Shown here: positions 37,308-45,391 of the stretch, in pieces | Numbering within the stretch: position 1 is the stretch's first letter | Layout of the letters: each line of letters begins with the position of its first letter | NCBI GenBank assembly: GCA_045641325.1 | Contig: JAZUGU010000080.1 | Coordinates: 1-45,391, forward strand | From: Candidatus Avispirillum sp. | GTDB lineage: Bacteria > Bacillota > Clostridia > Oscillospirales > CAG-272 | Direction of reading: 5' to 3' | DNA length: 45,391 nucleotides | Translations under genes and position numbers: made by a program | Notes under the pieces: model-generated | The model's database searches: none | Told to the model about the DNA's origin: nothing | The model's input: the letters and a program-made list of their open reading frames with translations, nothing else

Positions 37308-38226
37308 CATTTGCGATTACTACAAAGAAAGAGGCGGAGCTGTTGTCAGCGCCGCCATTAACAAGTATATCTATATCACCGTCAATAAAAAGTTTGACAA
37401 TGATATAAGGATCAGCTATTCAAAGACCGAAATCGTTCCAAGCGTTATGGATGTTCAACACGAACTCGTTCGTGAATGTCTCAAGCTTGCCGGTATAAGC
37501 GGCGGTATTGAGATCACGTCCATCTCTGATATTCCCTCCGGCACGGGTCTCGGATCTTCAAGCACGTTCACCGTAGGAGTCCTTAATGCTCTGTTCTCAT
37601 ACACGCATCAGAATCTCGGCGCTCGCAGACTGGCTGAGCTTGCATGCAAGGTTGAAATAGATATTCTCGGACATCCGATCGGAAAGCAGGACCAGTATGC
37701 GGCGGCGTTCGGCGGTCTCAACTATTTTGCATTCAACGCAGATGACAGCGTAACACATAAAACCATTGATCTTTCCGATATGGATCTTCGCAAGCTCGAA
37801 AGCAAGCTCATGATGCTCTACACCGGTCGACACCGCAGTGCCGACAACATTCTAAAGGAGCAGAAGCAGAATACGGCTTCAAAGATTGAAACGCTTGATT
37901 ACATGAAATCACTCGCAGACGATCTTTACGAAGAATTAAAATTTAAAGGCGTCTCTTCATCTTTCGGTGAATGTCTCAATAAGGGATGGCAGAAAAAGCG
38001 CGAGCTTGCTAACGCTATTACGAATCCCGAAATCGACTATGCATACCAGAAAGGGATCGAATCAGGTGCCATAGGCGGAAAGCTTCTCGGTGCAGGCGGC
38101 GGCGGTTTCTTACTGTTCTATTGCGATGAGCAGCACCAGGACAAGGTAAGAGAAAGCGTTGGTCTTCCCATTACTGATTTTAAAATTGATTCATACGGAT
38201 CAAGAATCGTTTATTTCGCCTCATGA
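37255..38226 (+). CDS. hddA: GHMP kinase, D-glycero-D-manno-heptose-7-phosphate kinase-like
   Basis: TPLRISFAGGGTD, PSGTGLGSSS, GKQDQYAAAFGG, GKLLGAGGGGF. Confidence 0.85.
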   Translation: MIISRTPLRISFAGGGTDICDYYKERGGAVVSAAINKYIYITVNKKFDNDIRISYSKTEIVPSVMDVQHELVRECLKLAGISGGIEITSISDIPSGTGLGSSSTFTVGVLNALFSYTHQNLGARRLAELACKVEIDILGHPIGKQDQYAAAFGGLNYFAFNADDSVTHKTIDLSDMDLRKLESKLMMLYTGRHRSADNILKEQKQNTASKIETLDYMKSLADDLYEELKFKGVSSSFGECLNKGWQKKRELANAITNPEIDYAYQKGIESGAIGGKLLGAGGGGFLLFYCDEQHQDKVRESVGLPITDFKIDSYGSRIVYFAS

Positions 38227-38750
38227 TAACGGTCTTTCTTGACAGAGACGGTGTTCTCAACGAAAATGCAAGACCGCATGAATATATCTCGAGTCCGGAA
38301 AAATATATACTCCTGCCCCGTGCTGCGGAAGGTGTTGCTCTTCTCAACCGGAACGGTGTACGTGTTCTTCTTGCCACAAACCAGAGAGGGATAGCCCGCG
38401 GTTTGATAACCGTTGCGGACCTTAACGGCATTCACGATTATATGAAAGCTCTGTTGAGCAGATCCGGTGCGCATCTCGACGGCATCTATTACTGTCCTCA
38501 CAACGAGAATGAATGCAATTGCAGAAAGCCGGCTCCCGGAATGCTGGAAAAAGCGGCAAGTGAACATAGTATTGATAAATCACATTGCTGGATGGTCGGA
38601 GATAAAGCATCCGACGTTATGTGCGGAAAGAACTTCGGCGTACGAACGGTCCTCATAGGAGACAATAATGACTGTGATGCTGATTATCTTTGCAATGATC
38701 TTCTTTCAGCCGCGGAACTGATTCTTTCGATAGAAGGAAGGGAAAATTAA
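38223..38750 (+). CDS. gmhB: Heptose-1,7-bisphosphate phosphatase (HAD IIIA)
   Basis: FLDRDGVLN, TNQRGI, CPH...CNCRKP.PGM, MVGD. Confidence 0.9.
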   Translation: MITVFLDRDGVLNENARPHEYISSPEKYILLPRAAEGVALLNRNGVRVLLATNQRGIARGLITVADLNGIHDYMKALLSRSGAHLDGIYYCPHNENECNCRKPAPGMLEKAASEHSIDKSHCWMVGDKASDVMCGKNFGVRTVLIGDNNDCDADYLCNDLLSAAELILSIEGREN

Positions 38751-39722
38751 ATGAAAGTTCTTATAACCGGCGGTGCCGGATACATAGGAAGCCACACCAA
38801 CAGATTTTTCCGTGAAAAAGGGATTGAAACCGTCATTCTCGATGACCTTTCGGATGGCCACGCAGAAGCGGTCCTTGATTCAAAGCTCGTTATCGGAAGT
38901 TTCGGAGACGAAGCACTGCTGGATAAACTGATGACGGAGGAAAATTTTGACGGTGTTATTCACTTTGCCGCATTTGCAAGTGTGCCGGATTCAGTTGTCC
39001 GTCCTTCCAGATACTATCACAACAACGTTTCGAATATGATATGTCTTCTTGACGCATGTGTCAGACATAATATCAAATATTTCGTATTTTCATCTTCTGC
39101 ATCCACGTTCGGTGACCCTGTAACGGTTCCTATGGATGAAAGCCATCCGCAGAAGCCCATCAATGCTTACGGCATGACGAAGCTTATAGGCGAAAAAATC
39201 CTTGCAGACTACGAGCGTGCTTACGGGATCCGCTACTGTGCATTCAGATATTTCTGTGCCGCAGGTGATTCGGAAGACGGAATCATTGGCGAGGCACACA
39301 ATCCCGAAACTCATCTTATACCCGTTATGGTCAAAGCCGCTTTGAACGGAAAGCCGTTCAAGGTGTTCGGAACTGATTATGACACAAGGGACGGAAGCTG
39401 TATCAGAGATTTCATTCACGTAAAAGACCTGGCAGAGGCTCATTGGCTCGGTCTCGATTACATAATGAAAAACGACAGATCCGATCATTTCAATCTCGGA
39501 AGCAATACCGGCTTCACTGTACTTGAAATGATCAAAGCTCTTGAAGAGGTTTCGGGCATCAAAGTACCTTATGAGCTCAGCGAAAGACGTGACGGAGACC
39601 CCGCCGTTCTCGTCGCATCAAACAAAAAGGCAGAAGAAATCCTCGGCTGGAAGCCGAAATACAGCGATATCCACAGAATTCTCAGCGATGCATTAAATTG
39701 GGAGAAAAACAGGAGATATTGA
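38751..39722 (+). CDS. galE: UDP-glucose 4-epimerase
   Basis: TGGAGYIGSH, HFAA...V.DSV, YGMTK, ETHLIP, DGSCIRDFIHV. Confidence 0.88.
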   Translation: MKVLITGGAGYIGSHTNRFFREKGIETVILDDLSDGHAEAVLDSKLVIGSFGDEALLDKLMTEENFDGVIHFAAFASVPDSVVRPSRYYHNNVSNMICLLDACVRHNIKYFVFSSSASTFGDPVTVPMDESHPQKPINAYGMTKLIGEKILADYERAYGIRYCAFRYFCAAGDSEDGIIGEAHNPETHLIPVMVKAALNGKPFKVFGTDYDTRDGSCIRDFIHVKDLAEAHWLGLDYIMKNDRSDHFNLGSNTGFTVLEMIKALEEVSGIKVPYELSERRDGDPAVLVASNKKAEEILGWKPKYSDIHRILSDALNWEKNRRY

Positions 39723-39725
39723 CCT

Positions 39726-40289
39726 ATGGATTACAGAAGCGGAATTAAGAATTATCTTTCCCGTGTTGCAGATATTGTAAATTCCCTTGATACAAACGAA
39801 ATCAACGAAGCCATCAACGCCATCTGCGATGCAGGTGACAGAGGCGCAGTCATATGGGTCATGGGAAACGGCGGCAGTGCCGCAACAGCGTCCCATATGG
39901 TATGTGACTTTTCAAAAGGGGTATATCACTCCCCTGCCGGAAAAAGATATGATTTCAGATGCCTTTCGGACAATACTCCTATTTTTACGGCTATTGCCAA
40001 TGACGTTTCCTATGATGATGTCTTCTATTTACAAATCAAAGACATTATAAAGCCTGAAGATCTGGTCATTGCCATATCAGGAAGCGGCAACTCCGAAAAT
40101 GTGATCAAAGCCTGCAAATACGCAAAAAGCGTCGGGACTCCCGTTGTCGGAATGACCGGATACAATGGAGGAAAGCTCGACCCGCTTGCGGATTTCAAGC
40201 TTCACGTTCCCGTAGATGATATGCAAATCACAGAGGACGTGCACATGATATTTGACCACATGATAATGAAAATTCTCAGCAGCAGATAA
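39726..40289 (+). CDS. gmhA: Sedoheptulose-7-phosphate isomerase (SIS)
   Basis: GNGGSAATASH, TAIAND, ISGSGNSENV, EDVH. Confidence 0.88.
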   Translation: MDYRSGIKNYLSRVADIVNSLDTNEINEAINAICDAGDRGAVIWVMGNGGSAATASHMVCDFSKGVYHSPAGKRYDFRCLSDNTPIFTAIANDVSYDDVFYLQIKDIIKPEDLVIAISGSGNSENVIKACKYAKSVGTPVVGMTGYNGGKLDPLADFKLHVPVDDMQITEDVHMIFDHMIMKILSSR

Positions 40290-40290
40290 A

Positions 40291-40569
40291 AAATCCCGTC
40301 AGACCCGGATATCCGGTTGCGGAGCTTCACTTCGGGATATTTTCACCGCTGACTGGAAAGAGTAACAAGAATAAATATCAAAAAACAGTGGGAACATTCC
40401 CTAATAGCTAATGAAAAAATGACCGAAACTCGTGTTTCGGTCATTTTATTATATCTTTCCTTTGTCCGTTTTGAACGCCTGGCGTACCTATGTACGCCGA
40501 CGCCGCTTCAAAACGAACAATCAGCGGCGCCTCTCTCCCTAAGTGGACGCCCCTTTCTGACGGATATTT
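40291..40569 (-). repeat. Structured interspersed non-coding element, copy 3 (core 40321-40553)
   Basis: Reverse complement reads GGGGCGTCCACTTAGGGAGAGAGGCGCCGCTGATTGTTCGTTTTGAA...TTCAAAACGGACAAAGGAAAGATATAATAAAATGACCGAAAC...TCAGCGGTGAAAATATCCCGAAGTGAAGCTCC, colinear with copy 2; fills the whole gmhA-rqcH intergenic space. Confidence 0.92.
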
Positions 40570-42311
40570 TATTCTTTCATCGATTCAACTTTTGCTTTAT
40601 CCACATTTACCGTCGCAGACCAGTTAGTGTGGTATATAACGTATCCGGGCTTTGATTCCGGAGGCTTTTTAATATTGCGTACCTTTGTGTAATCAATTTC
40701 AGCAGACGTCATATCGCAGGCTTTTGAATAAACAGCTGCTATCATGGCGGCATCCGTAAAATCATCAACAGACGGCTCGGGAAGTCCTACGCAGACCATG
40801 ATCACATGTGAGCCCGGCATGTTTTTGGCATGAAACCACCAGTCGTTTCTATCGGCCTTACGGAAAGTAAGCCAATCGTTTGCAGTGTTGTTTTTACCGC
40901 ACAAAACAGTATAACCGCCGCCGGTCCTGAAAGTGATATATGAGGGTGTTTGCTGCTTTTTATCGATAAACTGTCTGAATTTGGATGCGTAGCCGCTGTG
41001 ATAAAGCTCACTTCGTATCTCAGACATTTCTTTTTCCGTGACGGCGTGAGAAAGAGCCTCGCCTACACTTTCTATATACGAAAGCTCTGATTTTGACAGC
41101 TCAATTTGTTTTGAAAGGTGTTCTTTTGCCGATTTGGATTTTGCATATCTCTTATAATACCGCTGCGCGTTTTGAGCAGGTGTCAGCCTTGAATCAAGAG
41201 GTATGTTCACCTCATCACCCGTGTTATAGTCGACAAGAGCGGCGCCCGTCATGCCCCGTTTCAGACAATAAATGTTTGCTGTGACAAGATCGCCCCAGAG
41301 TCTGTATTTTTCACCTTCTGCGCAATCATCAAGTTCTTTCAGCTGAATAGACAGTTTTTTCTGTATCCTTGCCGTCGAATTGGCTATGATTTTCTGAATA
41401 TCCGATGCTTTCTGACTCAGCTTTTCATCGCGGCTTTTTTCCTCAAAATATACGTCGAGCATCTGTCCGAAAGTATCATATATGACACATTTATAATCTT
41501 TTCCGTACTGCTCAATGGAAAAAAACGAGTATTCGCGCGGTTTTCCGTTTTCGTCAAAAATCACATTGGGTAAACCGTTGTGAGAGGCAATATTATCAAG
41601 CATTGTGAAAAAGCTATCACAGAGAGTCGCAGAACACTCTCTGAGTGTTGCAGATGAATGCCCTCCGCATTTATGAGCAAGCTCCCGCGCCGCAAGAGGA
41701 GATATTCCGGCAAACGCAGATACAATGAATTTCTCGCACAGTCTCTCCGGATCAGCACCGGCGAGTCTGTTAAATGTATCTTTATCAATTGTAAACGGGT
41801 CGAGTTTATTTTGCCTCGGCGGCAATTCATATATCATCCCGGGAAGCATCTGGCGCCGGCTGCTGTCTGTGAAATCGATCTGTCTTAAAATATTAATGAT
41901 TTTTCCGCTGTCATCTGTGAAAACGATATTCGAGTACTTCCCCATCATTTCCACAATTATGTGCATCTTTTTTCTGAATCCGAGCTCATCTGTCGTATCA
42001 AAAACAAGCCTTGCCGCACGTTCAAAGCCAAGCTGCTCCGCACATTCAAATATTGCGCCCTGCAGATGCTTTCTGAACAGCATACAAAGCATGGGGGCCT
42101 TCATGGGATTTTCGGATTTCTGCTCCGTCAAACCTATGCGGGGGCATCTTGAACCGGCGTTTACAAGCAATCGTCTTGAGCCCTCTTTGCCTCTGATAAT
42201 AAAGACGAACTCGTCTCTTGCAGGCTGATATATTTTTTCAACTCTTCCGCCGCCGACGTACTCATTGATCTCATTGATGACAAACGAAAGCATCCCTGCA
42301 TCAAAAGCCAT
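40569..42311 (-). CDS. rqcH: NFACT family protein (RqcH/FbpA)
   Basis: MAFDAG, KIYQP, EMMGKYSN, NAQRYYKRY.K, GKNN..ND, WFHAK.MPGSHV, IDYT. Confidence 0.92.
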   Translation of the reverse strand: MAFDAGMLSFVINEINEYVGGGRVEKIYQPARDEFVFIIRGKEGSRRLLVNAGSRCPRIGLTEQKSENPMKAPMLCMLFRKHLQGAIFECAEQLGFERAARLVFDTTDELGFRKKMHIIVEMMGKYSNIVFTDDSGKIINILRQIDFTDSSRRQMLPGMIYELPPRQNKLDPFTIDKDTFNRLAGADPERLCEKFIVSAFAGISPLAARELAHKCGGHSSATLRECSATLCDSFFTMLDNIASHNGLPNVIFDENGKPREYSFFSIEQYGKDYKCVIYDTFGQMLDVYFEEKSRDEKLSQKASDIQKIIANSTARIQKKLSIQLKELDDCAEGEKYRLWGDLVTANIYCLKRGMTGAALVDYNTGDEVNIPLDSRLTPAQNAQRYYKRYAKSKSAKEHLSKQIELSKSELSYIESVGEALSHAVTEKEMSEIRSELYHSGYASKFRQFIDKKQQTPSYITFRTGGGYTVLCGKNNTANDWLTFRKADRNDWWFHAKNMPGSHVIMVCVGLPEPSVDDFTDAAMIAAVYSKACDMTSAEIDYTKVRNIKKPPESKPGYVIYHTNWSATVNVDKAKVESMKE

Positions 42312-42351
42312 ACTATGTCCCCCTTCTCATGAATTGTGTATATATATTCTT

Positions 42352-43050
42352 TTATTCTTTGATTCCGCAGATATAAGAATATCTTTTTCCTTCAAGTTTG
42401 AAACCGCATTTTTCAGCAAGCAAATATGACGGTCTGTTGAATGCGGAGCACTTATATCTTACATTTCTGCCGTTGTCCAAAATATGCTTTGACAGAGCGG
42501 TTACACAAGCAGAACCGAGTCCGCGCCGTCTGTGTTCTTCATCCGTTTCGACGCTGATTTCAACGGATCTGTCACTATATACGACATCGTTCATCCCTGC
42601 ATAAGAAAGAATCTTTCCGTCCTTTTCGACGATGAAAATCACGTCTTCACCGTCGTCGTTCAGTTCAATATCACAACCGGTGTTTCTGCACAGCTCACTG
42701 AGTACCGAATTGTCATCGATCATCCTTGTGACTTGTTCGCAGCCGCCGTATAATTTATCCGAACTTGTCAATATATATTCAAGCATCAGTTCGCCTTCAT
42801 GAGAATAATGCTCATATCCGAGCTTATCCATAATTGCGCCGAATTTTTCGTTGACCCATATCAACGAATCAGGTGAAAAGATATCAGTGCCGAATTTTGA
42901 CAGAAATTCCCCTGCAAGTTCTTTGCAGAATGAGTACGTAGTTATTTCAATTTTTCCATCAGTTCCCTGAAAAACTTCAAGCGGAACTGCGATACAGGAA
43001 TCACCGGACAGAACGGACTCCTCGAGGTCTTTGTTTTCAAGCCTAATCAT
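42352..43050 (-). CDS. GNAT-family acetyltransferase
   Basis: EISVETDEEHRRRGLG, N..S..LAEKCGF. Confidence 0.82.
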   Translation of the reverse strand: MIRLENKDLEESVLSGDSCIAVPLEVFQGTDGKIEITTYSFCKELAGEFLSKFGTDIFSPDSLIWVNEKFGAIMDKLGYEHYSHEGELMLEYILTSSDKLYGGCEQVTRMIDDNSVLSELCRNTGCDIELNDDGEDVIFIVEKDGKILSYAGMNDVVYSDRSVEISVETDEEHRRRGLGSACVTALSKHILDNGRNVRYKCSAFNRPSYLLAEKCGFKLEGKRYSYICGIKE

Positions 43051-43215
43051 TATACATCTCCGGTTCGAAATTTGACTTATTACATAATAGCATAACAGAT
43101 TATATCTGAATTTTCAATAATTTGCAAAAATTATATTTTATATGTAAATATACTGGATTTTCGGAGCGATATGTGATATAATTAGCAGGTATATAATCTT
43201 TTGAAAGGAATTCCT

Positions 43216-45391
43216 ATGTCTAATTACATTGAAAAAGCCGAAAAACTGACACTTCCCGTTGTTCCTACAAGGGGAATTATCGCTTTTCCGTCAGTTCCTC
43301 TGAGCTTTGAAATAGAAAGGGACGTATCCGTTGCGGCATTAGATGCAGCTGCGGAATACGATATGTATGTGTTCCTGCTCTGTCAGAAAGATCTGGGAAT
43401 CGAAACCCCTTCCCCCTCTGATCTTTATGAAGTGGGAACAGTATGCAAAATAAAACAGACCGTCAAATCTCCCGACGGCATAATCCGTGTGATCGCCGAG
43501 GGAGTGTGCAGAGGAACCGCGTTATCGTTTACGGGTCTCGGAGATGCGATGTATGCCGATATCGTTACCAAAACGATCACGATAGATTCCACCGACAGAA
43601 ACTCAAAATTCGAAGCTCTTATGAGAGAAACCATTTCCTCTCTTGAAAAGATGCTGACGTTTCTTCCTGCTGACGGATCAAATATTCTCCTTACCGCCAA
43701 ATCGATCAAAAATCCCGGCCAGCTTGCTGACTTCATTGCATCCGGTGTTCTGGTAAAGGTGGAAGACAAGCAGCAGATCCTTGATATTTTTGAACCTGTC
43801 GAGCGCCTTGAAGAGCTTAACGTGATTCTTGAAAAAGAAACCAAGCTTCTTCAGCTTGAAATGAAGATCCATAAAAAAGTCAGAGAGGCTATTGACGACA
43901 ATCAGAGAGATTATTATCTCAGAGAACAGCTTAAGGTCATCCAGAACGAGCTGGGCGGCGACAGTGAAGACGAAGCAGACGAATATTACGATAAGATCGA
44001 TGCCGCAAATCTTCCCGAGAACGTCAGAGAAAAGCTTTATAAAGAGGTATCAAGACTCGCAAAATCTCCTTTCGGCAGCCCCGAAGCAACAGTTCTCCGC
44101 AATTATCTTGACATCTGCCTTGAGATTCCCTTTAACAAATATACGGAAGACCGCGTTGACGTAGCAAAAGCCAAGAAAATTCTGGACAGGGATCACGACG
44201 GACTTGACAAGCCCAAATCAAGAATACTTGAATTTCTTGCTGTTAAACAGCTGAATCCTCAGCTCGGTCATCAGATCATATGCTTCGTCGGCCCTCCCGG
44301 TGTCGGCAAAACCTCGCTCGGTTCGTCAATCGCAGATGCGATGAACAGAAAATTCGTGAGAGTATCACTGGGCGGAATCAAGGACGAGGCTGAGATCAGA
44401 GGTCACAGAAAGACGTACGTTGCAGCTATGCCCGGCAGGATCGTTACAGCGCTCACGCAGGCAGGCTCAATGAATCCCGTCATGCTTCTTGACGAGGTTG
44501 ATAAGCTTTGCTCCGATATGAGAGGCGACCCTGCATCGGCACTTCTCGAAGTATTTGACAGTGAGCAGAACAAGAACTTCCGTGACCACTTTGTGGAAAT
44601 GCCCTGTGACCTTTCAAAGGTAATGTTCATCGCAACGGCTAACACGGTTGATACTATTCCCCGCGCTCTCCTTGACAGAATGGAGATAATCGAACTCAAT
44701 TCATACACGAAAAATGAAAAACTCTCCATTGCGGTAAATCATCTTCTTCCCAAACAGCTCAAGCGGCACGGCATGACAAAACGTCATCTCAGAATGACGA
44801 ATGACGTCATTGAAGAAATAATCGACGGATATACGAGAGAATCCGGTGTCAGAAATCTTGAACGCGAGCTTGCATCCCTTATCCGCAAAGCGGCAAGAAT
44901 AATGATCGAGAGCGGTAAAAAGACTGTCACCGTCACTAAATCGAATCTTTCAGAGCTTCTCGGCCCCAGAAAATTTCTCGATGAGGAAAAGCAGACGGAG
45001 GATGAGATCGGTGTTGTCAACGGTCTTGCATACACCTCGGTCGGCGGAGATATGCTGAAGATCGAAACCGCAATAATGAGCGGGACCGGAAAGCTTGATC
45101 TTACGGGTACATTAGGTGATGTTATGAAAGAGTCTGCTCATATAGCACTCAGCTACATCCGATCCAATGCAGATGTATTCGGCATTGACAAAGATATTTT
45201 CAAAACATCTGATATCCATGTCCATGTTCCCGAAGGAGCAACCCCAAAAGACGGACCTTCCGCTGGTGTCACAATGCTCTCTTCTATGGTCAGTGCTTTG
45301 ACCGGGACACCCGTGCGCCACGATACAGCCATGACCGGCGAGCTCACTCTTACCGGAAGAGTTCTTCCCATCGGCGGTCTTCGTGAAAAAA
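43216..45391 (+). CDS. lon: ATP-dependent Lon protease (3'-truncated by window end; absent from ORF track)
   Basis: GAAAGGA RBS, ATG 43216 ([20 protein letters not shown]); in-frame [12 protein letters not shown] at 44281 and TPKDGPSAG catalytic Ser motif at 45241. Confidence 0.97.
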   Translation, partial: MSNYIEKAEKLTLPVVPTRGIIAFPSVPLSFEIERDVSVAALDAAAEYDMYVFLLCQKDLGIETPSPSDLYEVGTVCKIKQTVKSPDGIIRVIAEGVCRGTALSFTGLGDAMYADIVTKTITIDSTDRNSKFEALMRETISSLEKMLTFLPADGSNILLTAKSIKNPGQLADFIASGVLVKVEDKQQILDIFEPVERLEELNVILEKETKLLQLEMKIHKKVREAIDDNQRDYYLREQLKVIQNELGGDSEDEADEYYDKIDAANLPENVREKLYKEVSRLAKSPFGSPEATVLRNYLDICLEIPFNKYTEDRVDVAKAKKILDRDHDGLDKPKSRILEFLAVKQLNPQLGHQIICFVGPPGVGKTSLGSSIADAMNRKFVRVSLGGIKDEAEIRGHRKTYVAAMPGRIVTALTQAGSMNPVMLLDEVDKLCSDMRGDPASALLEVFDSEQNKNFRDHFVEMPCDLSKVMFIATANTVDTIPRALLDRMEIIELNSYTKNEKLSIAVNHLLPKQLKRHGMTKRHLRMTNDVIEEIIDGYTRESGVRNLERELASLIRKAARIMIESGKKTVTVTKSNLSELLGPRKFLDEEKQTEDEIGVVNGLAYTSVGGDMLKIETAIMSGTGKLDLTGTLGDVMKESAHIALSYIRSNADVFGIDKDIFKTSDIHVHVPEGATPKDGPSAGVTMLSSMVSALTGTPVRHDTAMTGELTLTGRVLPIGGLREK

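Noticed and set aside
1-40569. Repeats as a CRISPR array or autonomous IS
   Set aside because: Copies are dispersed, about 240 bp, with no spacer periodicity; no cas or transposase gene in the window and no target-site duplication seen.
40419-40655. 78-aa ORF in copy 3 (and 127-348 next to copy 1)
   Set aside because: Not conserved in the other copies and overlaps real genes on the opposite strand.
9041-42311. mutS2 and rqcH as a ribosome-rescue cluster
   Set aside because: About 29 kb apart in separate operons; both are core genes.
43425-45371. Short ORFs suggesting a gene-poor or decayed region
   Set aside because: The region is a single lon reading frame running off the window end.

Overview
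Chromosomal segment of a spore-forming clostridial Firmicute, probably Oscillospiraceae/Ruminococcaceae-like (inferred from gene content). Housekeeping and sporulation genes: spoVFB/spoVFA, spoIIID, an ECF S-component, an orphan CapD/PglF-like dehydratase, ylxM-ffh-rpsP-khpA, yqfC-yqfD-phoH-ybeY-era-recO-mutS2, ylbJ, prfB, a SpoU methyltransferase, livKHMGF, tmcAL/ackA, rqcH (NFACT), a GNAT and a 3'-truncated lon that the ORF track misses. Two accessory operons: an 8-gene (amino)sugar catabolic operon of unknown substrate (24.9-33.1 kb) and a GDP-heptose/surface-glycan precursor operon (35.9-40.3 kb). The most striking feature is a non-coding, multi-stem element of about 235-245 bp present three times (1-154 partial, 35524-35800 on +, 40291-40569 on -). 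It shows compensatory base changes between copies. The two complete copies sit directly downstream of a co-oriented gene and are enclosed by copy-specific terminator-like stems, and they bracket the heptose operon in inverted orientation. A pair of convergent promoter-driven hairpin units at about 2.0-2.27 kb is a second ncRNA candidate. No rRNA, tRNA, CRISPR array or transposase was seen.
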